From NCBI GenBank assembly GCA_964016885.1, contig OZ024746.1:85870001-85934000 (forward strand): a stretch of 64,000 bases of DNA, written 5' to 3'. The stretch is from Eledone cirrhosa (Eukaryota). The notes below the pieces were generated by a model. It was given only the letters and a program-made list of their open reading frames with translations, did not search any database and was not told where the DNA came from. Positions 36,606 to 47,755 of this stretch are shown here, piece after piece (position 1 is the first letter of the stretch; each line of letters begins with the position of its first letter). Both the position numbers and the translations under genes were made by a program.

Positions 36606-39144
36606 CTGAATTATTGAGCCCTCTGCCGCTCATATCGAATTTCGTTTTTCGTGAACTCGTGCGCCGATTTTTCGATACTCGATCTTTCTAATATATTTAG
36701 CTCTGGACATAGCTATCCACCAGTTAATTTTATTGCTCATTTTTTGTCGATTCTATTGAGTGATGAATAGCTTTTGTTTTATTTTAACATGTCTATTGAG
36801 CACTCTAATTCGATATGTGTATTTCCACATTCACTCGAATTGTTTTCGCGGATATAGGGGTCATCTCCCTTGTCTAATGCCATGTGCGTTTTTCACCGCT
36901 AGTTGACTCCTTTGCCGCCAGGATAAAACTCGTTGACAACGTAAACTCCGTTCCACTTATTCTAGTAGGCTTTTATATTTATATGTGAGCTGATAGAGTA
37001 CTGTCTAAGGATTTACAGAAACCCATGAAGCTAGATTTAACACCTTTCTAGTGGGTCCGGGTATGATTTTACATTCATTTAAATTATTGACGTATTGTTT
37101 TATTGATATTTTTTATCTGTTTGGCCCGAATCTTCCTTTATCGATTTTAAATCGTATGGTTGATTGTAGACTTGTTCTATATGTGACGGTATTTTAACGA
37201 TAGTTATAGCTCTGATTCATCTGAATTATTGAGCCCTCTGCCGCTCATATCGAATTTCGTTTTTCGTGAACTCGTGCGCCGATTTTTCGATACTCGATCT
37301 TTCTAATATATTTAGCTCTGGACATAGCTATCCACCAGTTAATTTTATTGCTCATTTTTTGTCGATTCTATTGAGTGATGAATAGCTTTTGTTTTATTTT
37401 AACATGTCTATTGAGCACTCTAATTCGATATGTGTATTTCCACATTCACTCGAATTGTTTTCGCGGATATAGGGGTCATCTCCCTTGTCTAATGCCATGT
37501 GCGTTTTTCACCGCTAGTTGACTCCTTTGCCGCCAGGATAAAACTCGTTGACAACGTAAACTCCGTTCCACTTATTCTAGTAGGCTTTTATATTTATATG
37601 TGAGCTGATAGAGTACTGTCTAAGGATTTACAGAAACCCATGAAGCTAGATTTAACACCTTTCTAGTGGGTCCGGGTATGATTTTACATTCATTTAAATT
37701 ATTGACGTATTGTTTTATTGATATTTTTTATCTGTTTGGCCCGAATCTTCCTTTATCGATTTTAAATCGTATGGTTGATTGTAGACTTGTTCTATATGTG
37801 ACGGTATTTTAACGATAGTTATAGCTCTGATTCATCTGAATTATTGAGCCCTCTGCCGCTCATATCGAATTTCGTTTTTCGTGAACTCGTGCGCCGATTT
37901 TTCGATACTCGATCTTTCTAATATATTTAGCTCTGGACATAGCTATCCACCAGTTAATTTTATTGCTCATTTTTTGTCGATTCTATTGAGTGATGAATAG
38001 CTTTTGTTTTATTTTAACATGTCTATTGAGCACTCTAATTCGATATGTGTATTTCCACATTCACTCGAATTGTTTTCGCGGATATAGGGGTCATCTCCCT
38101 TGTCTAATGCCATGTGCGTTTTTCACCGCTAGTTGACTCCTTTGCCGCCAGGATAAAACTCGTTGACAACGTAAACTCCGTTCCACTTATTCTAGTAGGC
38201 TTTTATATTTATATGTGAGCTGATAGAGTACTGTCTAAGGATTTACAGAAACCCATGAAGCTAGATTTAACACCTTTCTAGTGGGTCCGGGTATGATTTT
38301 ACATTCATTTAAATTATTGACGTATTGTTTTATTGATATTTTTTATCTGTTTGGCCCGAATCTTCCTTTATCGATTTTAAATCGTATGGTTGATTGTAGA
38401 CTTGTTCTATATGTGACGGTATTTTAACGATAGTTATAGCTCTGATTCATCTGAATTATTGAGCCCTCTGCCGCTCATATCGAATTTCGTTTTTCGTGAA
38501 CTCGTGCGCCGATTTTTCGATACTCGATCTTTCTAATATATTTAGCTCTGGACATAGCTATCCACCAGTTAATTTTATTGCTCATTTTTTGTCGATTCTA
38601 TTGAGTGATGAATAGCTTTTGTTTTATTTTAACATGTCTATTGAGCACTCTAATTCGATATGTGTATTTCCACATTCACTCGAATTGTTTTCGCGGATAT
38701 AGGGGTCATCTCCCTTGTCTAATGCCATGTGCGTTTTTCACCGCTAGTTGACTCCTTTGCCGCCAGGATAAAACTCGTTGACAACGTAAACTCCGTTCCA
38801 CTTATTCTAGTAGGCTTTTATATTTATATGTGAGCTGATAGAGTACTGTCTAAGGATTTACAGAAACCCATGAAGCTAGATTTAACACCTTTCTAGTGGG
38901 TCCGGGTATGATTTTACATTCATTTAAATTATTGACGTATTGTTTTATTGATATTTTTTATCTGTTTGGCCCGAATCTTCCTTTATCGATTTTAAATCGT
39001 ATGGTTGATTGTAGACTTGTTCTATATGTGACGGTATTTTAACGATAGTTATAGCTCTGATTCATCTGAATTATTGAGCCCTCTGCCGCTCATATCGAAT
39101 TTCGTTTTTCGTGAACTCGTGCGCCGATTTTTCGATACTCGATC

Positions 39145-39156
<12 letters not shown>
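36606..39156 (-). repeat. 615-bp tandem array, inverted right arm (~4.1 copies)
   Basis: Reverse complement of the same unit; ctgaattattgagccc recurs at 36606, 37221, 37836, 38451 and 39066, then runs into (TA)n. Confidence 0.98.
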
Positions 39157-39224
<68 letters not shown>

Positions 39225-39312
39225 CCAAAGTTTATATGGTTCGTTGATTATTCAACGAATACAATTTTACAATAGATTAGAAGCACTCGACAATATTTTT
39301 CTGGAGTATTTA

Positions 39313-39615
39313 ATATTATTCAAAATATTCTCATAACCAAAATATATATTTTATTATACATATTTCAAAGGTGCAATGGTGTTTTAGTACGTTTTCATCA
39401 GATAAAGTATGAGAGATTGGATATGCGACATTCCGCTACGGTTTTGATTATTCAACTACAGGAATTGAATAATCAAAACCGTAGCGGTATGTCGCATATC
39501 CAATCTCTCATATATTATATCTGATGAAAACGTACTGAAACACCATTGTACCTTTGAAAGATGTATAAAATATATATTTTGGTTATGAGAATATTTTTCA
39601 TTTATTAATATTTTG

Positions 39616-39622
<7 letters not shown>
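39313..39622. mobile_element. Palindromic element with two divergent hammerheads
   Basis: Inverted arms 39313-39455 and 39465-39622. Each carries t-CTGATGA-aaacgtac...g(t/c)accttt-GAAA-(t/g)atgTA, on the minus strand ~39346-39406 and the plus strand ~39511-39575. Confidence 0.7.
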
Positions 39623-39656
<34 letters not shown>

Positions 39657-39776
39657 CATATATATAAGATTTATATATATAAGTATAAATATAACTCCAC
39701 TATCCAGGAGCTTCCAACAGTAATGGTTGCATTCTTTAAGGGTATATCAATATTTATTGATAAAACTGGTCTATAT

Positions 39777-39845
39777 TATATTTTATCTGATGAAAGCACA
39801 CCATAATTTAACTTGGTGTCCTTGAAATATGTATAATGAAATAAA
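39777..39845 (+). ncRNA. Hammerhead motif, third copy of the 39313 family
   Basis: tatatttta-t-CTGATGA-AAGcACACCA-taatttaact-TGGTGTcCTT-GAA-ATATGT-A-taa; stem II pairs at 9 of 10 positions. Confidence 0.65.
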
Positions 39846-40439
39846 TATGGTTTTATAAATATAGTTTCCATTTGTCAATATCGTATATATATATATATAT
39901 GAATGTTATTGCGTTCAATCATTTGTGTCATCAACCATAGATATGGAAGAATATCCAAGATATAATCGGAAATCTAAATATTCCATTAGGGAATGCTTCT
40001 ATTTCAGTTACTGTACTTTCATTATCGAATACTTTCAGGTTTTTTTTTCCAATATAAAAATATATACTGATGGTGATGAAGATTTTTGGAATAACACGGC
40101 ATAGCAGCAACTTTAGTAATGTGTGACATTTTCTCGAAAGCAAGTAAGTTTTGTGTCACCAGCAAACTAACTTTGATATTTATCATCTTCGCATATTCCT
40201 TGTCATCTCGATTATAACTGTAACACTCTTCCATACTTCATGACAAGTGTTTGTTAGTTTTCCCACCATTAGAAGTTTCAAAGGAAAAATTATTTCTAGG
40301 GCGAACAATTGAAGCTTGTTTTATTATTTGAAACACCTTAATATGTATGCTTTACTGAAAAACGTGAAGTTTTATCGAAAAGCAAAAATATTTATAGATT
40401 CTCTATATTATATAGTCTATAAGGAATAATTTACGCGGC

Positions 40440-40525
40440 AATACGCATGCGCAATAGAAACACTTGATGGCGGTAAACTTTGAAGTTATATGAATGTCAA
40501 CATACATCTGAGCAGTATAGATTTG
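40440..40525 (+). promoter_or_regulatory. Candidate Sororin promoter and non-coding first exon (NRF1-like and CDE/CHR-like motifs)
   Basis: CGCATGCGCA at 40444-40453; TGGCGG-taaac-TTTGAA at 40468-40484; consensus donor G|gtaagt at 40526. Confidence 0.55.
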
Positions 40526-42397
40526 GTAAGTTTGTAAAGTTGTGTTAGAATGAATGCATTTTATTTTCTATATTTCATGTAATTTAAGAGAAAAAGATTT
40601 ACAACTTTCGTTTTCCATTGTAATGTATAATATCGTACTTGAAGCAGCTCGTGTAAAAGTTGCCGTTTATTTCTATGTTCTTATAATATTTATAAATATA
40701 TTTACTAGTGACTTCTTATTTCTTAATTTTAGCTATGATTTTTCTTTACATAGAAAACTTTTCTGTGATGTTTGTCGACGTCTTTTAAAGTCTTATTTTG
40801 GTATAAAAATGGTAAATCCTTTTACGTTGGATTTTCAAACTTATCAATACATACACATTTTTGTGAGGCATTAAAACGTTTTATTCGAATAAATATGAGG
40901 GAAAGCGAATAAATAAATTACTGGCAATATGACCGCCCTGAAATATAAAAATAAATAAAAATTATCTAATATCCCTCGGAGTGACAACTTAATTATAGTG
41001 TTAAGCACATACAGGTGCTTTCTTGATCATCTCCAAGTTAAAATTATTTATGTTACAGAATCATAATTTTCCTTAGAATTATAGTAGTCGAATATACCAA
41101 ATTTTCTTGTAAAGCATTCCAACAAACCATCACTTTGCGAACATATTTTCCTAATATTTATTGTATTTTTCTTGAATATATGTTTATATCTTCATTTTTA
41201 TTCAAATGGAAATAAATAATAACAGTAGTGGCTTCTTAACCTGTATTTATTATGGTTACCTTTTGTCATAAGATAAACATAAACGTACGACAATGAAATA
41301 AAGAAAAACAAATATTTTACCAAAATTTACGTAACTTACCTAATGGAAAATATTTTTCTACAAGATTTCAGTGAAAAACATGCAATATTAAGGAAGTCAT
41401 GAGTAAATGAAATCGGGATGGGAATACTTAATTAGTGATGCCAAATTGGGGTTGTAGATAGACAAGTAAATATATATATATGTGTGTGTGTGATTACAAT
41501 AAAGACAATATATACACACTTTCTGCCGTTTATATTTACTCAATACTATTTACAATTAACAAAAGTTGGTTGTTGCCAGGACTTTATATATTGGGAGTAC
41601 GTCTATCAAACACCCAATAATATATATATAATTAAAAAGTATTTGTTAAATTATTTTTCTAAGTTAACTTTTTTCACGAAACATTCCAGCCCGTATGTTA
41701 TGTAACAGTAGTATACTCCTTTTCAGTAATTGTCATTTCGCGCTCAATTTAATTTTTCTTGCTTCGTAGAACTAGCTAAAACGACTTCTCTCTATCCCTC
41801 CCCCCTAAAAAAAGAAAGAACGAAATTCATTAGAATTTCACTAAAATAAAAAAAAAGCAAATATTTTCGTAAGTGATCCAGCATTTTCGGTTAAAGAAGG
41901 TATCTGGATTGACTCACAGGTGATGATCCAGCGATCAGCGTGACAGGCAGCAGTTATCTCTAGCCAACAGCAACAAGTTCAACACCGTGGACTTACTCAA
42001 TCATTCAAGACATATATACATATTTATTCCATCATCATCATCACTAACGCTGTACAAACGTGTTTATGTTTGGATGAAGAAAACGGAGAGGAATAACAGA
42101 AATATAAGATTAAAAAAAAAGGATTGGTTGCAGACTAGAGATAAAACGTCATTGCCATATTCCACTGGCAACAACGCATAGAACCAGCCAGGAGCAAATA
42201 TATTTACATACATATTGATTAATCTTTTACCTGTTGATAACTACACTCACATTACATACACAGTCATATATGCCTTCGAGTATACATCAAAAACACACAT
42301 TGTATATCTGCCCATGCATGATAATCTGTGTATATAAATACATAACTATATCATGAACCATTGATAAATTTTACAATCGGGCCTAGATTTATATGTA

Positions 42398-42428
<31 letters not shown>

Positions 42429-42589
42429 GGACATGAGAATGTCCACATACGAGCACATGCATACAATGTGTGTGTTACTGTGTGTATGCATATCAATCTT
42501 CAATATTCCCCACTAGAACAACCCTGGTTTTTTTGGGGTTTTTTTGTTTGTCTTCTGTTGCCTTCGGATCTGGTGTATGTCAGATATGA

Positions 42590-43500
42590 TGCATCCTTCA
42601 TATCATCACCCTGCCCACTTCCCCCTGATTTCAGTTTGTTCGCCCCACCCACCCTCTGTTGAGCCAAGTGCCCTGACTGGAAACTACCAGCCACACAACC
42701 ATGCTGCTGAATAGTGCTCCAGTTCCTGGCTCCACTCCCCACCCCCACTAGGTGATACTTGCATCACATGCAGCACCACCGAACATAGGCAGAAGAAAGG
42801 CCGGAACTTCAGTGTTGGCTTGGTGTGTCGAGCCTCCTGTGCCCTCGCAACATGGAGATGCAGCAACTTTCTCTTTCCCTCGTCTACACAGCTGCAGCCA
42901 TCCACTACACCACCAGATGAGACAGCAAGCTCGTCTGATGCTCAAGCCACGCTGGTCAACTTATCCAGCTCAGGTGGCTCTGGAAGATTACTCTCAAGAT
43001 CCTGGGAGCCAGTGGCCAATGCCCTCGCATCCTCAATCGAGCCAGCGACTGGGAACACCTAGCCCTCGGCCTCCCCAACTCTGGCGCTGACCAACGCGGT
43101 CTGTCGACAGCAGCTTTTGTCAAGGCCAATGTTTTATCCTTTGGACAAGCAGCCATCCAAAGTCTGTCCAAGGATATCACACCCTCTGCTCTCAGATACC
43201 CTCAGTACTAAACGTTTACGCGACCGTATAAACGCCAAACTCATCATGGGTGATGTCTCAGCTGTGGTCAGAGTGGTTGCTTCAGAGGACACTGTCCTCC
43301 ACTCCATTGAAGGAGATCCTAGCTGCTCTTTGGCTAAAACATCCTGAGCCACACACAGACCTCAAACCTATTCCTCCACCCAATCCCCACCTCTTTGTGG
43401 CATCAGACACAAACATCAGGTCTTTCTGTGCCAGCAGCAGCGGAGTTACTGATGGTCTCTGATCTGGCCACTTCAAAGTGTTGCTATTCCCCCTTTTGGC
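42590..43500 (+). mobile_element. Decayed CRE-like (restriction-like endonuclease) non-LTR fragment
   Basis: RINAKLIMGDVSAVVRVVASED...LKHPEP...SSSGVTDGL, resembling the pre-RT region of CRE-type elements; GC-rich island. Confidence 0.55.
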
Positions 43501-43673
43501 TGAACTTTGCGCCCACTTTGAGAATCTCTGATGTAGATAGTGGCTTCTTGAGAAATGTTCTTTTTGACTGAACTGAACTTTTTTGTTTTATGTATTTTTT
43601 CAATCTACATCTTTTTCTGTCTTTTATATCATGCTCATTCATCTTTGTCCTCTGTTTTAGATTTCTTTTATTG

Positions 43674-44759
43674 ATGAATCGCAAAGACATAATGGGTCGG
43701 AAGAAAGAAACTCAAACACCAGTTGTACAAAAACTGAAAACTCTGGAGGGATCACCCGAACTTGTACATGATGCTAAAAATTCCGAAACATTAGTGAAAC
43801 CTGAAGTTGTAAAACGCAGTAGTAGTAGGGTTTGCAAAATTCAGCCAAAACTTTTAGAAAATCGCCAAAACAAGAAAACCAAAGCAAGTTCTAACAGAGC
43901 CATTTTAAATACAGATAAAACTGAGACTGTTACTTCTGAGTTATCCCCGAAAATGTTTTACAGTAAGAAAGGGTTAACTAGATCTGCTAAATCTGTTAAG
44001 GATGACTGTGCATCATCCAACATTCCAAGCCGTATGACTCGATCTAAGAAAACAGTCCCTATTGTGGAAGATCAAGAAGCTCTGGAAGAAATAGACAATG
44101 ATGCACCTGGGATTTCTCCCAAGCAATTCTACAGCCGATCTAGGAAGTGCTCACAAGTACAGTCTGTACCTAAAGTTCTTTCTAAGGAAATGAAGCTAAC
44201 AGAAAAACCTGTTCGCTCGAAGCACACAAGTACCAAACAACAATCTAGTGAGATGGCAGTACAACAAATTCTTAGTAAACTTACTGACAGTCCTAAAAAT
44301 AAAAAATTGTTTCCTGTTGCTGAGGTTTTGGAATCAATTGTGGAAGATGATTGCCCGACCAAAAACACTAAAGTTAGCAGATTAAAGGATAACAGTTCTA
44401 AAACCTCTGCTAATAATGCATCAACAATAAAAGCTCCTAAAGTTACTGCAAATACATCTCTTAGAAATTCAGTAAATACTCCAGCACAAACCACCTCTAA
44501 AGCTGAGGTAACAAGAAGAAAATGTAGTTCTCGTCTAACAGTTGCTGAAATAGTTGCTGAAGTATCTACTGAAGGAGCCAGTGGTTTGGTGAAATCAACT
44601 GGTTCTGACACAAAGACTGATTCTACTACTTCATCAGTTAACAGTGAACCTAATGAAGATTTAGGCTTTGCTGAGCTAAAATCAAAAATAACTCAGAGAA
44701 TGACTACACAAAGTTCCAGGAAAAGGAAAACACCAACAAAGAAATCTTCATCTAAAAAA
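43674..44759 (+). CDS. CDCA5: Sororin/Dalmatian-like protein, first coding exon
   Basis: Acceptor ttttag|43661, ATG at 43674 (or 43692). K/S/T-rich low-complexity ORF with FYSR and several SP/TP sites; phase-0 donor |gtaggt at 44760. The identity comes from the last exon. Confidence 0.75.
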
Positions 44760-44789
44760 GTAGGTATTTTATTAAATACTTTATTTTAT

Positions 44790-45000
44790 ATAGGTGACTG
44801 GGGTTTGTTCTTGAGCAAAACACTTCATTTCACATTGCTCCAGTATATTCAGCTGAAAATGAGTATCAGCAATAGCTGGAGATTTAACTCTGGTGGACTG
44901 GTGTCCTGTCCAGGGGGGGAGTCTTGTACTCTCAGTCGCTTAACACTAAGGAAACTGGGATAAGCACCAGCCTAATAATCCTCTGGGCTCGAGACACTTT
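44790..45000 (+). mobile_element. SINE (second family; related copies near 11430, 52400, 52860, 60420)
   Basis: Core gttcttgagcaaaacacttcatttcacattgctcc repeated across the window. Confidence 0.6.
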
Positions 45001-46502
45001 AGACTTTATATAGGTGAAGGCATGGTTGTGGTTAAGAAGTTTGTTTTGCAATCATGTACTTTCAGATTCAGTCACCTTGGGCAAGTGTCTTCTACTATAC
45101 CGTGGGTTGATACAATGTCCTGTGAATGAAATTTGGTAGTTAGAAACTGATCAGAAGCTCGTATATATTTTCATCATCATTTCACATGTGTAGAGCAGTG
45201 GTTCCCAACCTTTTTTTACTCCATGTCCCACCTCAGCATCCAAAGAAATGTTTATGTTCCCCTTTGATATTCCAATTTAAGTTCAACTTAACTCACCGAG
45301 CTCAAGATAAACTAATTGTTTCTACTTTTGGCACAAGGCCACCAATTATCCCAGTGCATTACTGGTACTTTATTTTATCGACCCTGTAAGGATGAAAGGC
45401 AAAGTTAACCTCAGCGGGATTTGAACTCAAACCGTAAAGGGACGTAACTATGCTGGAAAGCATGGCGTCCGACCCTCTACCGATACTGCCATGAGATCCT
45501 TGAGTTTGATGTATGCTACAAAGTATTTTTATTTGAGGCACTAATTTAGTCAGTTTTAACCTTAAATCATGTGTAGACGAAGTGTAACTGGAAGTTTGGT
45601 CGCATTATATCACTTTCAAATCACTCCCCTGTGGGACATGTGCCTCACGTTGGGAATCACTGGTGTAGTGATTTGACATGGTGAGGGATGGAGGAGGTCT
45701 GGCAGTGTATATGTTTGTGTGTTTCTGTCTGTGTTCTGTAACTTAGATCAATAAAATGTGTACTAGGGGTGATATGATTGATTAAATCCTTTCAAGGCAA
45801 AGCACCAGCTGACCCTAGCCAAATGATTGAAACCAGTAAAAGATGAACATACCTCCCAGGGCATTTACTACTTGGGTGTATGTTTTGTATCAAACATACA
45901 ATATTTATTCTTAAATAGACTAAATAGATTGTTTTATGTAATTATTTGTGCTTTTGTTTAAAATATATATTGATTTTAAAATCTAAATTAACCTTTTAAC
46001 ATTTAAACTGGCCATATCCGGCTAGAATTCTCTCACCTCTTTCTGTTCAAACTGGCTGTAACCTGCCACTCGTACCGATGTTTAGTATATATAGAGTAAT
46101 GTAAATGCTAAAGGGTTGATGTTAATTGTGTTTTGGGTTCATTGTATGGAATTCTTGTAGATAAAATACATATGGTTCAAATGTAATATAACTATATTAT
46201 AACTATGCTAGTACATTATACATTTACAGACAGAATGAGTAATTGGTTTCTTCACTAAACTTAGAGTGGAGCTGATTGTTGTATTATTGAAGTTTTCACC
46301 TGTATATTGATTTTTGTAGTCTTTTGAAGTCTTTTATTACTATATTTCTAATTTTGAAAATAATCAAGTTGAGTGTTGATTTTAGGTTTCAGTTTGGTTA
46401 TTATAGATTCTTGTATTCTGAGATTGCTGGTATTTTTTATTTATGTTCTTGCACTTATCTATGTGTTTCTTGAAGGAGGATGTATGTGTGTTCAGGTGTT
46501 CT

Positions 46503-47062
46503 TTAACCCTTTTTTAGCATTTAAACCAACCTTATCTGGCTAGAATTCTCTCACCTCTTTCTGTTCAAATCGGCTATAACCGGCTGCTCATACTAATGTT
46601 AAGGTATTGTTCTCAAAATAAATACCATCAAAATCTCAGATTTGATATTATGTGAGATATTTATACGAGGTAAAGCCTTTATCATGAAAATACAATAGTA
46701 TATATATATAGAGTAATGTAAATGCTAAAGGATTAATATAGATGTGTAGTGGTATTATAGTGCTGCCGATGTAAAATTTAGCACATTGGATAAAGTATGT
46801 CACATATGTCTGTAAGCATGTCTGTTTTTAAATAAATATCTCTTTAACTCATTAGCATTTACATTACTCTATATATACTATTGCATTTTTGTGGTAAAGG
46901 CTTTATATTACATAATTATCTCATATAACATTAAATCTATGAGATTTTGATGTTATTTATTTTGAGAACAATACCTTAACATAAGTATGAGCAGCCAGAT
47001 TGAACAGAAAGAGGTGAGAGAATTCTGGCCAGATACGGCCAGTTTAAATGCTAAAGAGTTAA
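46503..47062. mobile_element. Two adjacent piggyBac-type MITEs in opposite orientation (more at 45988 and 50192)
   Basis: 46503-46735 and 46845-47062 are reverse-complement homologues with TTAA ends. Confidence 0.8.
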
Positions 47063-47240
47063 AACTATCAGTTTTGTACTAAAAGAAATCAATTAAGATT
47101 AAAGCTGTTTGACATTCACTTTTTGAATATAGATTTCTTGAACAGAACAATGTATATTTTCAAGAGCTCCTTCAGACAAATGAATATTATAAAAAAATGT
47201 TTATTTTTCTTGGGTAACAGCACTATTATCTTTTCATCTG

Positions 47241-47645
47241 TATCATCATCGTTTTACGTCCAGTTCTTCCACGCTAGCATGGGTTAAACGGGTTGTCCTG
47301 TTGTGGGCAATGCCAGGTCAGGTGACCATGTCTTGTTCATACAGAACTGATTTTGGCTTGATTTCTACAGCTGGATGCCCTTCCTAACACCAACCTCATT
47401 TACAGTGTGTACTGGGTGCTTTTTACTGTGGCGCCTACATGACCACTTTACAGTGTGGACTGGGTGCTTTTTTGTCGTGACACCTACATGACCAGTTAAC
47501 GGTGGGAGTGGGGAAGGCATACTGTCTATATGCTTCAGCTTCGGCTTGTACCCGCGGGAAGTCGGGCCTTCTGTATTATTGCGTAACGCCAGAGGTCTCG
47601 GTTCTGTGTCATCGCTTTTAAGAGGGTCAATTGGGTATGGTCAGC
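47241..47645 (-). mobile_element. RTE 3'-end fragment (similar at 57858-58087, +)
   Basis: Reverse-complement homology to 16510-16880. Confidence 0.8.
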
Positions 47646-47755
47646 TTTTGTTTTTGTGTATGTGTAAGAAAGCTTGTAAGAATGAATTATAACTCAACAG
47701 AATTGTAATGAATTATCTAATTGTAAATTAACTATCTTTCCTTTAATTTTTCAAG

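Noticed and set aside
34652-39156. Endless ORF around a 615-nt (3x205) circle, or a CRISPR array
   Set aside because: No ORF of 60 aa or more is present in any frame, and the units are identical throughout with no spacers.
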